A DNA stretch of 32,000 nt from Candidatus Thalassarchaeaceae archaeon (lineage in GTDB: Archaea; Thermoplasmatota; Poseidoniia; Poseidoniales; Thalassarchaeaceae), in NCBI GenBank assembly GCA_045568075.1, contig JBJLBP010000001.1, positions 480,001 through 512,000 of the forward strand, read 5' to 3'. A model generated the notes under the pieces. It was not told the origin of the DNA. It saw only the letters and a list, made by a program, of their open reading frames with translations, and ran no database searches. Made by a program: the position numbers and the translations under genes. The number at the start of each line of letters is the position of its first letter. Positions within the stretch are counted from its first letter, which is position 1. Below, one piece after another: positions 16,679 through 25,325 of the stretch.

Positions 16679-17713
16679 ATGATGTCAGATTCACCAATCT
16701 CCCACCACCCGAGCGGCGGCCTGCCGATGGAAGAGTCACAGGCAGCCCCACAAGCGGCTCCAGCATCCCCCGAGCAGAACGCGCAAATGGAGCAGGCATA
16801 CGCTCAGATGCGGCGAAAGATGAGGATGCAGCAACTTGACGAGGAAATCAAGCACAAGGTCATGGTCCTCTCCGGAAAGGGTGGCGTTGGCAAATCCACA
16901 GTCTCGGTTGGTCTAGCTCTCTCACTCGCTCGTCAAGGCAAGAAAGTCGGCTTGATGGACATCGACATTACCGGTCCAAATGTGCCGAAAATGCTCGGCA
17001 TCGAAGATGTCGACCTCCACGTCGAGGACGGGCAGATTTTTCCCGCCATCGGACCGCATGGCCTGAAAGTAATCTCCATGGCATTTCTCATCGAAGATCC
17101 GGACAAGCCAGTCATCTGGCGCGGCCCGATTAAACTCGGTGCAATTCAGCAATTCATCGGTGACGTCGCTTGGGGAGAACTCGACGCACTCATCATCGAC
17201 TTCCCTCCCGGAACAAGCGACGAACCGCTGACAGTCTCTCAGAGTCTTCCAGGAATCGACGGTGTCGTCATTGTCACAACGCCTCAAGACGTCGCCTTAC
17301 TTGACTCTCGAAAATCGATTAATTTTGCTAAGACAATCTCACTACCATGCTTGGGGGTCGTAGAGAATATGAGTGGATACACGATTCGCGGAACGGCGCA
17401 GCCGAACTCAGATGTCAGCGTCATCGGACCGACTGGCACTCCAATTGAAGCGACAGCCGATGAGAACGGAGATTGGTCACTCACCCTCGACGTCTTCAAG
17501 TCGGGCGGCGGAGCAACCGCCGCTATCGAACTCGAAGTTCCATTCCTTGGAGCACTCCCCTTCGATCCAGGAATCGTGCGCGGTGGCGATGACGGCGTTC
17601 ATCGCATCATCGCCGAACCTGATGGAGAAACTGCTGCAGCCTTCGATGAGGTCGTCTCAAACGTCCTCATCGAATTAGAGGGTAGTAGTGGCCCAACCGT
17701 CCGAATCTCTTGA
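16679..17713 (+). CDS. Mrp/NBP35/ApbC-family P-loop ATPase, atypical (no CxxC motif)
   Basis: It has VLSGKGGVGKST (deviant Walker A), GLMDIDITGPN, IIDFPPGTSDE and VENMSG blocks. I prefer the ATG at 16679; the GTG at 16592 and the ATG at 16727 are alternatives. Confidence 0.85.
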   Translation: MMSDSPISHHPSGGLPMEESQAAPQAAPASPEQNAQMEQAYAQMRRKMRMQQLDEEIKHKVMVLSGKGGVGKSTVSVGLALSLARQGKKVGLMDIDITGPNVPKMLGIEDVDLHVEDGQIFPAIGPHGLKVISMAFLIEDPDKPVIWRGPIKLGAIQQFIGDVAWGELDALIIDFPPGTSDEPLTVSQSLPGIDGVVIVTTPQDVALLDSRKSINFAKTISLPCLGVVENMSGYTIRGTAQPNSDVSVIGPTGTPIEATADENGDWSLTLDVFKSGGGATAAIELEVPFLGALPFDPGIVRGGDDGVHRIIAEPDGETAAAFDEVVSNVLIELEGSSGPTVRIS

Positions 17714-17720
17714 GATTCGG
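17701..17720 (+). terminator. Perfect 9-bp inverted repeat spanning the mrp-like stop codon
   Basis: The sequence is CCGAATCTC-tt-GAGATTCGG, with the TGA at 17711-17713 inside the repeat. A second palindrome, CCGAATTCGG, lies at 17768-17777. Confidence 0.35.
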
Positions 17721-17833
17721 ACGAATTCCAGCCAGAATTGAACCTAATTCCATCGTAAACCACTACCGAATTCGGCAGGGTTGCATTCTTCATACATCGA
17801 TGTCCTCGGTAAGGTAAGGGAGAAGGGCACAGT

Positions 17834-19969
17834 ATGGCAAGTGGCTCAGGCATTTACATCTCTTGGCTGATGGGGGCGATTCTCCTCTCGGTCGCACTCA
17901 TGCCGCTGATGAAGCCACCATGGGCTAAGATTCGTCTCCAGGCCTTCGTGGATATGTTCAGACGTTATTGGGCCCACATGATTGTGGTATTCTCAGTCTA
18001 TCTCTGGAAGGATTTGCTCGATCAACTTGATCGAATTCTGATGGCAAACACTCAGCTCGACATGACTCCGTATGTCTATGCTATCGAAGGCGATATCGTG
18101 CTTTGGATTCAAGATGCTTTCCACAATGATTTACTTTCAGTCGGCTTAACTCACTTCTATGTCATGGGATTCATGACGGCAACCTTCGCTTCCTTCGTCT
18201 ACCCGATTTACTTTGACGACCGACACATGGCCGACAGAGTATCTCTCTCGATGTTCTGGGTCTATGTTTTGGCAATTCCTTTCTATCTCTTCTTCAATGT
18301 CCGCGTGACTGGAGATCACATCCCAGCGATGGAGACGATTGCCTACGATTTGACGCCGGTAATTCACAATTGGTTCACGCGGATTGATCCGTTTACGAAT
18401 GGCATGCCGAGTTTGCACATCGGTTTGCCATTCGCCGTTTGGTTGACTTACCTCCGATGGGATGAGGACGGGCGCTGGAGTCGCTTCCGATTCGCGCTCG
18501 TCGCTTTCATCTTGCTAACAGGATTCGCGATTTTGTATCTCGGAATTCACTGGGTTGTGGATATCATCGGCGGAGTGATTGTCGCGACACTAGCAGTTCG
18601 ACTTTCAGATAAGACGCACGGGCCGTTCTGGCGCTTTGCCGACGAGCGCCTATTCACTCGCCGATTGGCTCGCTTACTCAACGATCCAAAGGCTTGGTTG
18701 AGGCAGGTTGGAAGTTCTCTCAGGCAGATGGTCCAACCACTTCGCGAGCCTTCTAGCACTCAGACAGGTGCCGTAATAATCGCTATACTGATTAGTACCG
18801 GAACCGTCCTTCTGTGGGACGCGACTCATCAGGACTTCCCGGTTGAAGGAGTTGAATGGCCGACTGATGCTGTTGGTTCAGGTGATTGGCTGTTAAGCGT
18901 CGAAGAGAATCAAAACGGTACTGTCGATGTGACAGCGTGGAATTCTGAGGACAGGAATTCCCAGACAATATCGACTATTACCATCGGCGAGGATGGTTGG
19001 TCGTCAATCCCGAAATTGTCTGCTTCTGAGAATGGAGTGGTGCTATTCGATTCTTACAAGATGCAATTCTGGTCCTATCCGACCACAAGCTATGGATTCG
19101 ATTCATTGTGGTCGACTGAGCAATTGAATACCGATTCGCCGGCAATTCTTGACATTATGATGGCTGTGGATGCTGAAGGCGAGGCGGTCATTGCAATCGT
19201 CTATGCTGATCAGATAGTTTACCGAGACATCTCAGGACACATCGCCGAGCACCCTGCACCCGCAGGGCCGTTCACAGCTGTGGCAGCATCTGGGAATCTA
19301 ATCGCCTCGGCGATGACGGCAGAGAACGGACCGATTCTAGATATTGTATCGCTGTCGACTCAATTGAATCTCAATATCGAGATTTCTGATACTGCTGACC
19401 AAGTAGTTGACGAGCATCTCGAGGAGGTCTTCGGTATCGCTGTCGATTATGCATCTTCGGAAGTTGTTGACATCGAGATGGATGGTAATTACATCGTCGC
19501 CGTGGTCGATGTCGGACCGGTGAATCGCACCATGCTCATAGACACGATTAGCGGTTCGCAACTTCTTCTCTCTGATCCAGTTTGGCCCTCATCCTCTCCT
19601 AGTATCGCTCACGGTCGAGTTGCCTTCTTGCAGATTCCTCGTTTCGACCCGACAGTCGAACCAGAGGATTTGCTGATTGCGAGGGATGTATTCCTGCATG
19701 ATATCGATGAAAACCTCACCGTGCAGTTGACTATCGATGATGATGTAGATCAATCCAATCCTCAGGTTCTACAATCGAACGTGGCTTGGATTGAGGGGCA
19801 TAATGACGAGGGCTTCGAAATTAGAATGCACGCCCTTGAGGAGACTTTCGAACCCTATTCCTCGGTTGTCCTGCAATCGTCAATAGTTCTACTGATTCCG
19901 TTGATAATCCTCTACGCCTTTCAGAGTACTAACAACTCTCGAGCCCGAGTTCGGCGCGACTTTGAGTGA
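17834..19969 (+). CDS. PAP2-superfamily polytopic membrane enzyme (Aur1/IPC-synthase-like PAP2_3 type) fused to a ~400-aa extracytoplasmic beta-rich domain and a C-terminal TM
   Basis: The N-terminal ~270 aa has about 6 hydrophobic helices, with the motifs GMPSLHIGLPF and GIHWVVDIIGG (PAP2 C2/C3-like SxH and HxxxD). The C-terminal part has repeated beta-strand patterns such as P.IAHGRVAFL...DVFLHDI..N and P.VLQSNVAWIE. The last 35 aa contain the TM segment IVLLIPLIILYAF. Confidence 0.7.
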   Translation: MASGSGIYISWLMGAILLSVALMPLMKPPWAKIRLQAFVDMFRRYWAHMIVVFSVYLWKDLLDQLDRILMANTQLDMTPYVYAIEGDIVLWIQDAFHNDLLSVGLTHFYVMGFMTATFASFVYPIYFDDRHMADRVSLSMFWVYVLAIPFYLFFNVRVTGDHIPAMETIAYDLTPVIHNWFTRIDPFTNGMPSLHIGLPFAVWLTYLRWDEDGRWSRFRFALVAFILLTGFAILYLGIHWVVDIIGGVIVATLAVRLSDKTHGPFWRFADERLFTRRLARLLNDPKAWLRQVGSSLRQMVQPLREPSSTQTGAVIIAILISTGTVLLWDATHQDFPVEGVEWPTDAVGSGDWLLSVEENQNGTVDVTAWNSEDRNSQTISTITIGEDGWSSIPKLSASENGVVLFDSYKMQFWSYPTTSYGFDSLWSTEQLNTDSPAILDIMMAVDAEGEAVIAIVYADQIVYRDISGHIAEHPAPAGPFTAVAASGNLIASAMTAENGPILDIVSLSTQLNLNIEISDTADQVVDEHLEEVFGIAVDYASSEVVDIEMDGNYIVAVVDVGPVNRTMLIDTISGSQLLLSDPVWPSSSPSIAHGRVAFLQIPRFDPTVEPEDLLIARDVFLHDIDENLTVQLTIDDDVDQSNPQVLQSNVAWIEGHNDEGFEIRMHALEETFEPYSSVVLQSSIVLLIPLIILYAFQSTNNSRARVRRDFE

Positions 19970-19989
19970 AAGATATCTCCGTCGACGAC

Positions 19990-21075
19990 TCATTCAGCGA
20001 GCCTGAACATCTCATTGAGGCTGTGCTGCGCCCGGGCGATGATTTCCTCATCGAGTTCGATTATCTGCGCCGGATGTGGATCGCGCAGGGCTTGCAGAAT
20101 GTCTTCGAGCTGAGTCATTTTCATGTATCGGCACATTACGCAGGTTCCAATCAGATTGATTTCGTTATCCGACTCGGCACGGACTCGATCAGCAGTCCCA
20201 CATTCGGTGATTAGCATGATGTCTGGCTTACCTTCTGCCCCCAACCTCAGAGCCTCTTCCATCAGTTTCTCGCTACTCCCAACAACATCACTCTCCGCAA
20301 TGACATCGGAATCGCATTCGGGATGGCTAAGCACCTTGAGTTCGATACCGTGCTCGGCTGTTCGTGAGCGCCATGAGCGAATTTTTTCGCCGGTGAAAGT
20401 TGCGTGAACATAGCATTCACCATCGTAATTGATGACTTCTTTTCGACCGGCTAGATGTTCAGTCAGATGCTTCCCCATCAGTCGGTCGGGAACGAAAATC
20501 AACTGATCACCCGGCAACTTCTCACAAATTCGAAGATAATTGCTGCTTGTGACACACACATCCACCTCGGCCTTGACCTCGGCACTGGTGTTGATGTAAC
20601 AGGCGACCGGGACTCCCGGATAACGTGCCTTGAGGTCGCGCACATCCGCGGCGGTTATGCTGTCAGATAGGGAACATCCCGCTTCAGGAGATGGATGGAG
20701 CACAGTCTTGTGCGGGCTGACAATCTTGGCTGTCTCAGCCATGAATCGAACACTGGAGAAAAGTATCGTCTGTTGTGGAGCATCACGTGCAGCCTTGGAG
20801 AGTGAGTAACTGTCTGAGACCGAGTCGGCGACTCCGTAAACGATGTCGGGAGTTTGGTATGAATGAGCAATCAAAAAAACATCATTCGCATGCTTTAGTT
20901 CGTTGATTTCGAGAGTTAGCGGCGCGATTGTCTTGCAGGTCTCGAGATCCCAGAGCTGACCCTGATTGATGACTTGCTGAAGTCGCTTCGCCTCAGTTTC
21001 TATTTCTTCAGCAGAGTATGACTTCGGCGTCAGTGATCCGCGAGGTAGCGGGGCAGCAGGCATCTGCATCGTCAT
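19990..21075 (-). CDS. nadA: Quinolinate synthase
   Basis: It has FMAETAKI, YINTSAEVKA.VDVCVTSSN, HPEC, ECG..DR and CVMCRYMK blocks, which include the Fe-S cysteine ligands. The first ATG is at 21075; the ORF-track start at 21102 is a TTG. Confidence 0.9.
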   Translation of the reverse strand: MTMQMPAAPLPRGSLTPKSYSAEEIETEAKRLQQVINQGQLWDLETCKTIAPLTLEINELKHANDVFLIAHSYQTPDIVYGVADSVSDSYSLSKAARDAPQQTILFSSVRFMAETAKIVSPHKTVLHPSPEAGCSLSDSITAADVRDLKARYPGVPVACYINTSAEVKAEVDVCVTSSNYLRICEKLPGDQLIFVPDRLMGKHLTEHLAGRKEVINYDGECYVHATFTGEKIRSWRSRTAEHGIELKVLSHPECDSDVIAESDVVGSSEKLMEEALRLGAEGKPDIMLITECGTADRVRAESDNEINLIGTCVMCRYMKMTQLEDILQALRDPHPAQIIELDEEIIARAQHSLNEMFRLAE

Positions 21076-21133
21076 CTGTGCTCGCTGCTGCCTCCGGTGC
21101 AACCGCTTTCAAGGCATCTCATCTCGGCGGAGC

Positions 21134-21808
21134 ATGGCCGGGGAGGGGATTGCGATGTGGATCGAGGAATCGGTTCTCCATATCGGTGCTGAGGCTACGG
21201 CCACGGCTGGATCTTGGATGGGTATCCGGGCCGTGTTGAAGAAGCGTGAGCCACGAGCCTATCGGCATCCTTCATTGGATCGTAAACTGACCCGTCAGAG
21301 ACTATCAGCAGAGGCTCGTATTCTCGCGCGCTTGCAGAAGATTGGATTCCCCTCTCCTGCCCTATTGGATGTCGATGCTGAGGGTGGCTGGATACTACTC
21401 TCACGAATCGAAGGGCGTCCTCTCTACGAGGCGCTACAAGATGGCAGCGCCGGTCTGGATACAGTCCACGCCTTCGGAGCCATAATTCGTCGCCTGCATG
21501 AATCGGATATCGCGCATGGCGACTTGACAACACACAATGTGATGATCGACGAGGCTGGGGATCTGAATCTCATCGATTTCGGACTCGCACGATTCGCCCC
21601 CGAAATCGAACATCTAGGCCTTGACTTACAAGTCCTAAACGAATGTCTAACCGCCAGCCACCACACCTACGAGGGAGCGGTTGAGACTATGATCGAAGGC
21701 TATCTAGCAGCGGATTCTGGCGAATCCACAGGACTCACGAAGAATCCAGCATCGGCCGTTGTCGAACGCTTCAACGCGATTCGCGGCCGCGTTCGCTACC
21801 ACGCCTGA
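21134..21808 (+). CDS. bud32: Bud32 / Kae1-associated kinase (KEOPS subunit)
   Basis: It has GAEA, VLKKR.PRAYRHP.LD..L...R...EARIL, HGDLTTHNVMI and LIDFGLA motifs. Length is 224 aa (an alternative ATG lies at 21155). There is no adjacent kae1. Confidence 0.85.
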   Translation: MAGEGIAMWIEESVLHIGAEATATAGSWMGIRAVLKKREPRAYRHPSLDRKLTRQRLSAEARILARLQKIGFPSPALLDVDAEGGWILLSRIEGRPLYEALQDGSAGLDTVHAFGAIIRRLHESDIAHGDLTTHNVMIDEAGDLNLIDFGLARFAPEIEHLGLDLQVLNECLTASHHTYEGAVETMIEGYLAADSGESTGLTKNPASAVVERFNAIRGRVRYHA

Positions 21809-21874
21809 GTATAGACGATTGACAACTCTCAACCTTACCGCCTTGAATCACTGACACACTTCCGAGATGATCTG

Positions 21875-22468
21875 ATGAGAATCCTCTTCGCAACGGGAAA
21901 TGAGAACAAAATCATCGAGGCTCGAGAGGTCCTCGAACCGCTCAACCACAGTGTTGAAGGGCTCGTAATAGACGGGCAGCGACCCGATTTTGACGAACCT
22001 AAACACCTCGGGCTCACTGCTGTCGCCCAAGCAAAAATTGAGCAAGCGCTAGCCCTCATCCAAGGCACAAGCCACGAGGGTAGTGCCATCCTCGTCGAGG
22101 ATTCAGGAATCTTCCTTGACGCCTTCCCCGAATGGCCAGGCGCGGAATCCTCCGACGTCGAGCAAAAATTAGGCCTCAAAGGAATCATCGAGAAGGTCAA
22201 TGAGGCCGGCGACCGAGGAGCTGAATACCGCGCGGTCGCGATTTTGTCAGATGGTACCAATCACTGGCAGTCGGACGGTGTCTGCCGCGGAACAATATCC
22301 ACTGAACTCCGCGGCACCCACGGCTTCGGATATGATCCAATTTTCATTCCTGAGGCGGGAGATGGACGCACTTTCGGAGAACTCGAATCCCATTACAAGA
22401 ACGAGGTTTCCCATCGGAAACAAGCGATGGAAGCACTCGCAAGGCTTCTCAATCCCCCGTCAAAGTGA
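21875..22468 (+). CDS. rdgB: Non-canonical purine NTP pyrophosphatase (RdgB/HAM1, ITPase)
   Basis: It has MRILFATGNENKIIE, GFGYDPIF.P, T.GEL and KNEVSHRKQA motifs. Confidence 0.9.
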   Translation: MRILFATGNENKIIEAREVLEPLNHSVEGLVIDGQRPDFDEPKHLGLTAVAQAKIEQALALIQGTSHEGSAILVEDSGIFLDAFPEWPGAESSDVEQKLGLKGIIEKVNEAGDRGAEYRAVAILSDGTNHWQSDGVCRGTISTELRGTHGFGYDPIFIPEAGDGRTFGELESHYKNEVSHRKQAMEALARLLNPPSK

Positions 22469-22504
22469 ATAGAGACCAGCCAATGTGGCAACCGAGGAGT
22501 CGCC

Positions 22505-23458
22505 GTGGTTTCGTACACCAGATTGTTTCTACTGACGCTTCTTGCCGTCGGAACACCGCTGTTTCTGATCTTTCAGGGAACTATGAGTTTCGGCTTACAG
22601 ATAGCCTCTGCAACGGTGCTTCTTGCCTTCCTTGCCATCTACGTATTCTCAGGACGAAAACCTCTCCCGAAGCCTCCGAAAATGCCTTCTGTGACGATTG
22701 AGGATGACGACGAGCCGGAAGAACTCGATCTTCCTGCCCCGGTCGTCGAGATGGATAGCGTCAGCGACAAGCGCGAAGAGAAGATTCGTCGCAGTCGCGG
22801 GCGCGTTGCAGCGCCAGCCGCTCCTGCAATGCCAATGCCACCTCCTGGCGTGCCTCTCCCCCCTCCCGGTGCTCCAATGCCTGCAATGCCGCCTATGCCT
22901 GCTGCGCCAGCGATGCCTCCACCAATGCCCGCTCCCGGCGCACCTCCTGCGGTGGCTGGTGATGGGGAGAACGTTGCACGGCGCCTCGTCGTTGCGCGTG
23001 ATGCACAGTCAGAGATGGAGTCCGAGATTGAGACCTATGTCGAGGAGAGGAGAGTGAAAAGGGCAGAGATTCGAGGACGAATCGAGCGTCGCCGCCGAAT
23101 GGCTCTGGCAGAACGGCGAGCGGCAAAGGTACGAATGTGGACTGAATTGGAAGACGGTGAAGATCTGGGTGCTTTGTTGAATCGAGCGGACCATGGATTG
23201 ACTGTCATTGATGAACCGGAAAATCCTGATGATTCTGCTCCGCTCGGCGTCTCTTACGTTAGAATCGACGAATCTAGGATAATCAAATTGAGGATTCCAC
23301 TAAGCGTGCCCGAGAAGCAGGATGAAACTCCAACCAATCCACTTCCACAGATGCCAGAAGTGGGCGAGATGCCTCCAATGCCTCCTCCTTCAGGAGACTT
23401 ACCACCTCCTCCTGGGATGCCGGGGATGCCTCCACCACCTCCGCCTCCTTCGCTGTGA
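22505..23458 (+). CDS. Hypothetical membrane protein with two Pro/Met-rich tracts and a basic coiled-coil-like segment
   Basis: GTG at 22505 is preceded by GAGGAG at 22494-22499. There are two N-terminal hydrophobic helices. Pro/Met-rich tracts lie at nt 22808-22960 and 23369-23455, and the protein ends in PPPPPPPSL. An Arg/Glu-rich helical stretch lies in between. Confidence 0.65.
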   Translation: MVSYTRLFLLTLLAVGTPLFLIFQGTMSFGLQIASATVLLAFLAIYVFSGRKPLPKPPKMPSVTIEDDDEPEELDLPAPVVEMDSVSDKREEKIRRSRGRVAAPAAPAMPMPPPGVPLPPPGAPMPAMPPMPAAPAMPPPMPAPGAPPAVAGDGENVARRLVVARDAQSEMESEIETYVEERRVKRAEIRGRIERRRRMALAERRAAKVRMWTELEDGEDLGALLNRADHGLTVIDEPENPDDSAPLGVSYVRIDESRIIKLRIPLSVPEKQDETPTNPLPQMPEVGEMPPMPPPSGDLPPPPGMPGMPPPPPPPSL

Positions 23459-23476
23459 TATATTGAAGCGCGGGGT

Positions 23477-24328
23477 ATGACTGGCCCCTCCATGAGCGAG
23501 GAAGTACTGCTGGTCGAGAATGTGCCAGTCGAGGGCTCAAGTCCAGCAGGTGGAGTGATTTCGGTCTGGACATTGAACAGACCGGAGAAACTCAATGCTC
23601 TGAATTCTGCATCGCACGATGCATTGAGGCAGGCTTGTGCTAATGCCGAGGCCGACGACGCTGTACGCGTCGTCGTCATCAAAGGCGCGGCGCCTCCGCC
23701 CGCGCCTGAAGGAAAGCGACAGAAACCGGCGGCATTCGCCGCCGGAGCAGACATCTCTGAATTTGTGGGAAAAGACTCGGACGATGTCCGACCATTCTTC
23801 GAGAATAACGCTTGGGAGAAGGTCTGGAATCTATCGAAGCCAACAATCGCCATGGTCGATGGCTTCGCTTTGGGTGGTGGCACAGAGCTGGCACTCTCTT
23901 GTGATCTACGAATCGCCAGCACCCGCGCAAAGTTTGGTACACCTGAGATTAATCTAGGACTGATTCCCGGAGGCGGAGGGACTCAGAGACTCGCTGGTAT
24001 GCTAGGTTACGGCAAGGCGATGGAGATGGTGATGACCGGCGATATGGTCGGAGCGGATGAGGCACTGCGGCTCGGTTTGGCCAATGACGTGGTCGAGCCG
24101 GAAGAAATCGAGGCGCGAACGATGAAAATGGCTGAGAATATTGCCAAGAAGTCTCCATACACAATCAAGGTCGCCAAGCGGGCGGTTCGCGCTGCCCTCG
24201 ATTTGCCACTCACTGAGGGAATTCTAGCTGAGCGTTCTGAATTCGTTGCCCTATTCGATACCGAGGACAAAGAGATCGGAGTCCAGGCCTTCCTCAATCG
24301 TGAAGACGCCGAATGGGTAGGCAACTAA
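23477..24328 (+). CDS. Enoyl-CoA hydratase/isomerase (crotonase) family
   Basis: It has FAAGADISEF and VDGFALGGGTELALSCDLRIAS..AKFGTPEINLGLIPGGGGTQRL. Confidence 0.85.
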   Translation: MTGPSMSEEVLLVENVPVEGSSPAGGVISVWTLNRPEKLNALNSASHDALRQACANAEADDAVRVVVIKGAAPPPAPEGKRQKPAAFAAGADISEFVGKDSDDVRPFFENNAWEKVWNLSKPTIAMVDGFALGGGTELALSCDLRIASTRAKFGTPEINLGLIPGGGGTQRLAGMLGYGKAMEMVMTGDMVGADEALRLGLANDVVEPEEIEARTMKMAENIAKKSPYTIKVAKRAVRAALDLPLTEGILAERSEFVALFDTEDKEIGVQAFLNREDAEWVGN

Positions 24329-24343
24329 CCGTGCAAAATTCAT

Positions 24344-24362
24344 ATTCAATATAACATTGAAT
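24344..24362. terminator. AT-rich hairpin between convergent genes
   Basis: ATTCAAT-ataac-ATTGAAT is a 7-bp perfect inverted repeat in the 73-nt convergent spacer. Confidence 0.3.
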
Positions 24363-24401
24363 TTGTAAATAGGAATAGAGTCATTTTGGTGAATATTGAT
24401 T

Positions 24402-25325
24402 CTAAAGCAACTCAACTTTGCTCATTGCCTTCACATTCACGCCCTGATATTGAATCTGAATTTTGACCGTGCAGGACTGATTGCAAATATCAATTCCATT
24501 TTCGTGAATTACGACGATTTGATTTAGTGACCAAGAGGATCCTGCCCCTTCGATGATACAAGGTGATTGAGCGATTAGGTTTGGATCTTCAAATGCTGGA
24601 AGAGAGGGTCCCGAAAGCCACCCTACAATCAACTGAATATGACGTGATTCGTCATCTTCGTTGTAGTAACTGATGAATTGTAGTTTGTAGGTGATATTTT
24701 CTTCTTGAATGACATACACTTGTTCCTTTGGATCAATTCGGTGCACACTGAAATCATAATCATACCAATCAAGCCTTTCAGAATCATCGAGGCTATACGC
24801 TCCATTTGGAGCACTTACAATCTGTGAAAATGATTGATTTGTCACAACCATGGCAGTTGCATTACTTCCTAGGAAGATATCGTTTTTTGAAAACTTTAGC
24901 GAATATGAGCCATTTGCTCTTTCCTTCATTGTCGACAAATCCAATTCTGCAAATGTTGACTCTGAAGTTGCATCGACTTTGATTGCAAAGGTGCTTCCAT
25001 CAGCGCTCAAACTAGTCGCCACTTTGCTTCCATTCTGTTCAACTGAAGACAGACCAGTCAAGGAACATGGATATTGATTCCCATCGACTTCCAGAGAGAT
25101 TCCTAATTGGTCCCATCCTAGGACATCTTCCCCGGAGGTGATTTCAATCGAGACGAGAGCATCATCGGATGAATTACTGACAGAGGATTCGGTATCATTT
25201 GCTTCAAATGTGTTTACAGTAGTTAATTCAGGATCATAAGATACGACGACCCAGGTCCACAGTAATCCTCCAACAATGAGAACAACAACAAGGCTAGCCG
25301 CACTATTTCGAAAATTGATAGACAT
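24402..25325 (-). CDS. Hypothetical N-terminally anchored/secreted protein in a low-GC patch; possibly HmuY-like beta fold (tentative)
   Basis: ATG at 25325 is preceded by GAGGTG about 8 nt upstream. It has the signal anchor AASLVVVLIVGGLLWTWVVV and about 8 N-x-S/T sequons. The C-terminal DWYDYDF...VYVIQEENITYKLQFISYYN resembles the HmuY-family pattern as I recall it. Confidence 0.6.
   Translation of the reverse strand: MSINFRNSAASLVVVLIVGGLLWTWVVVSYDPELTTVNTFEANDTESSVSNSSDDALVSIEITSGEDVLGWDQLGISLEVDGNQYPCSLTGLSSVEQNGSKVATSLSADGSTFAIKVDATSESTFAELDLSTMKERANGSYSLKFSKNDIFLGSNATAMVVTNQSFSQIVSAPNGAYSLDDSERLDWYDYDFSVHRIDPKEQVYVIQEENITYKLQFISYYNEDDESRHIQLIVGWLSGPSLPAFEDPNLIAQSPCIIEGAGSSWSLNQIVVIHENGIDICNQSCTVKIQIQYQGVNVKAMSKVELL

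Noticed and set aside
19966-20214. An 82-aa + strand ORF directly after the PAP2-fusion gene
   Set aside because: It is fully antisense to the C-terminal part of nadA, whose Cys-ligand motifs are unambiguous.
23254-23922. A 222-aa minus-strand ORF with a poly-Gly run
   Set aside because: It is antisense to the poly-Pro tract (CCN read as GGN) and to the well-supported crotonase gene. It has no independent signal.
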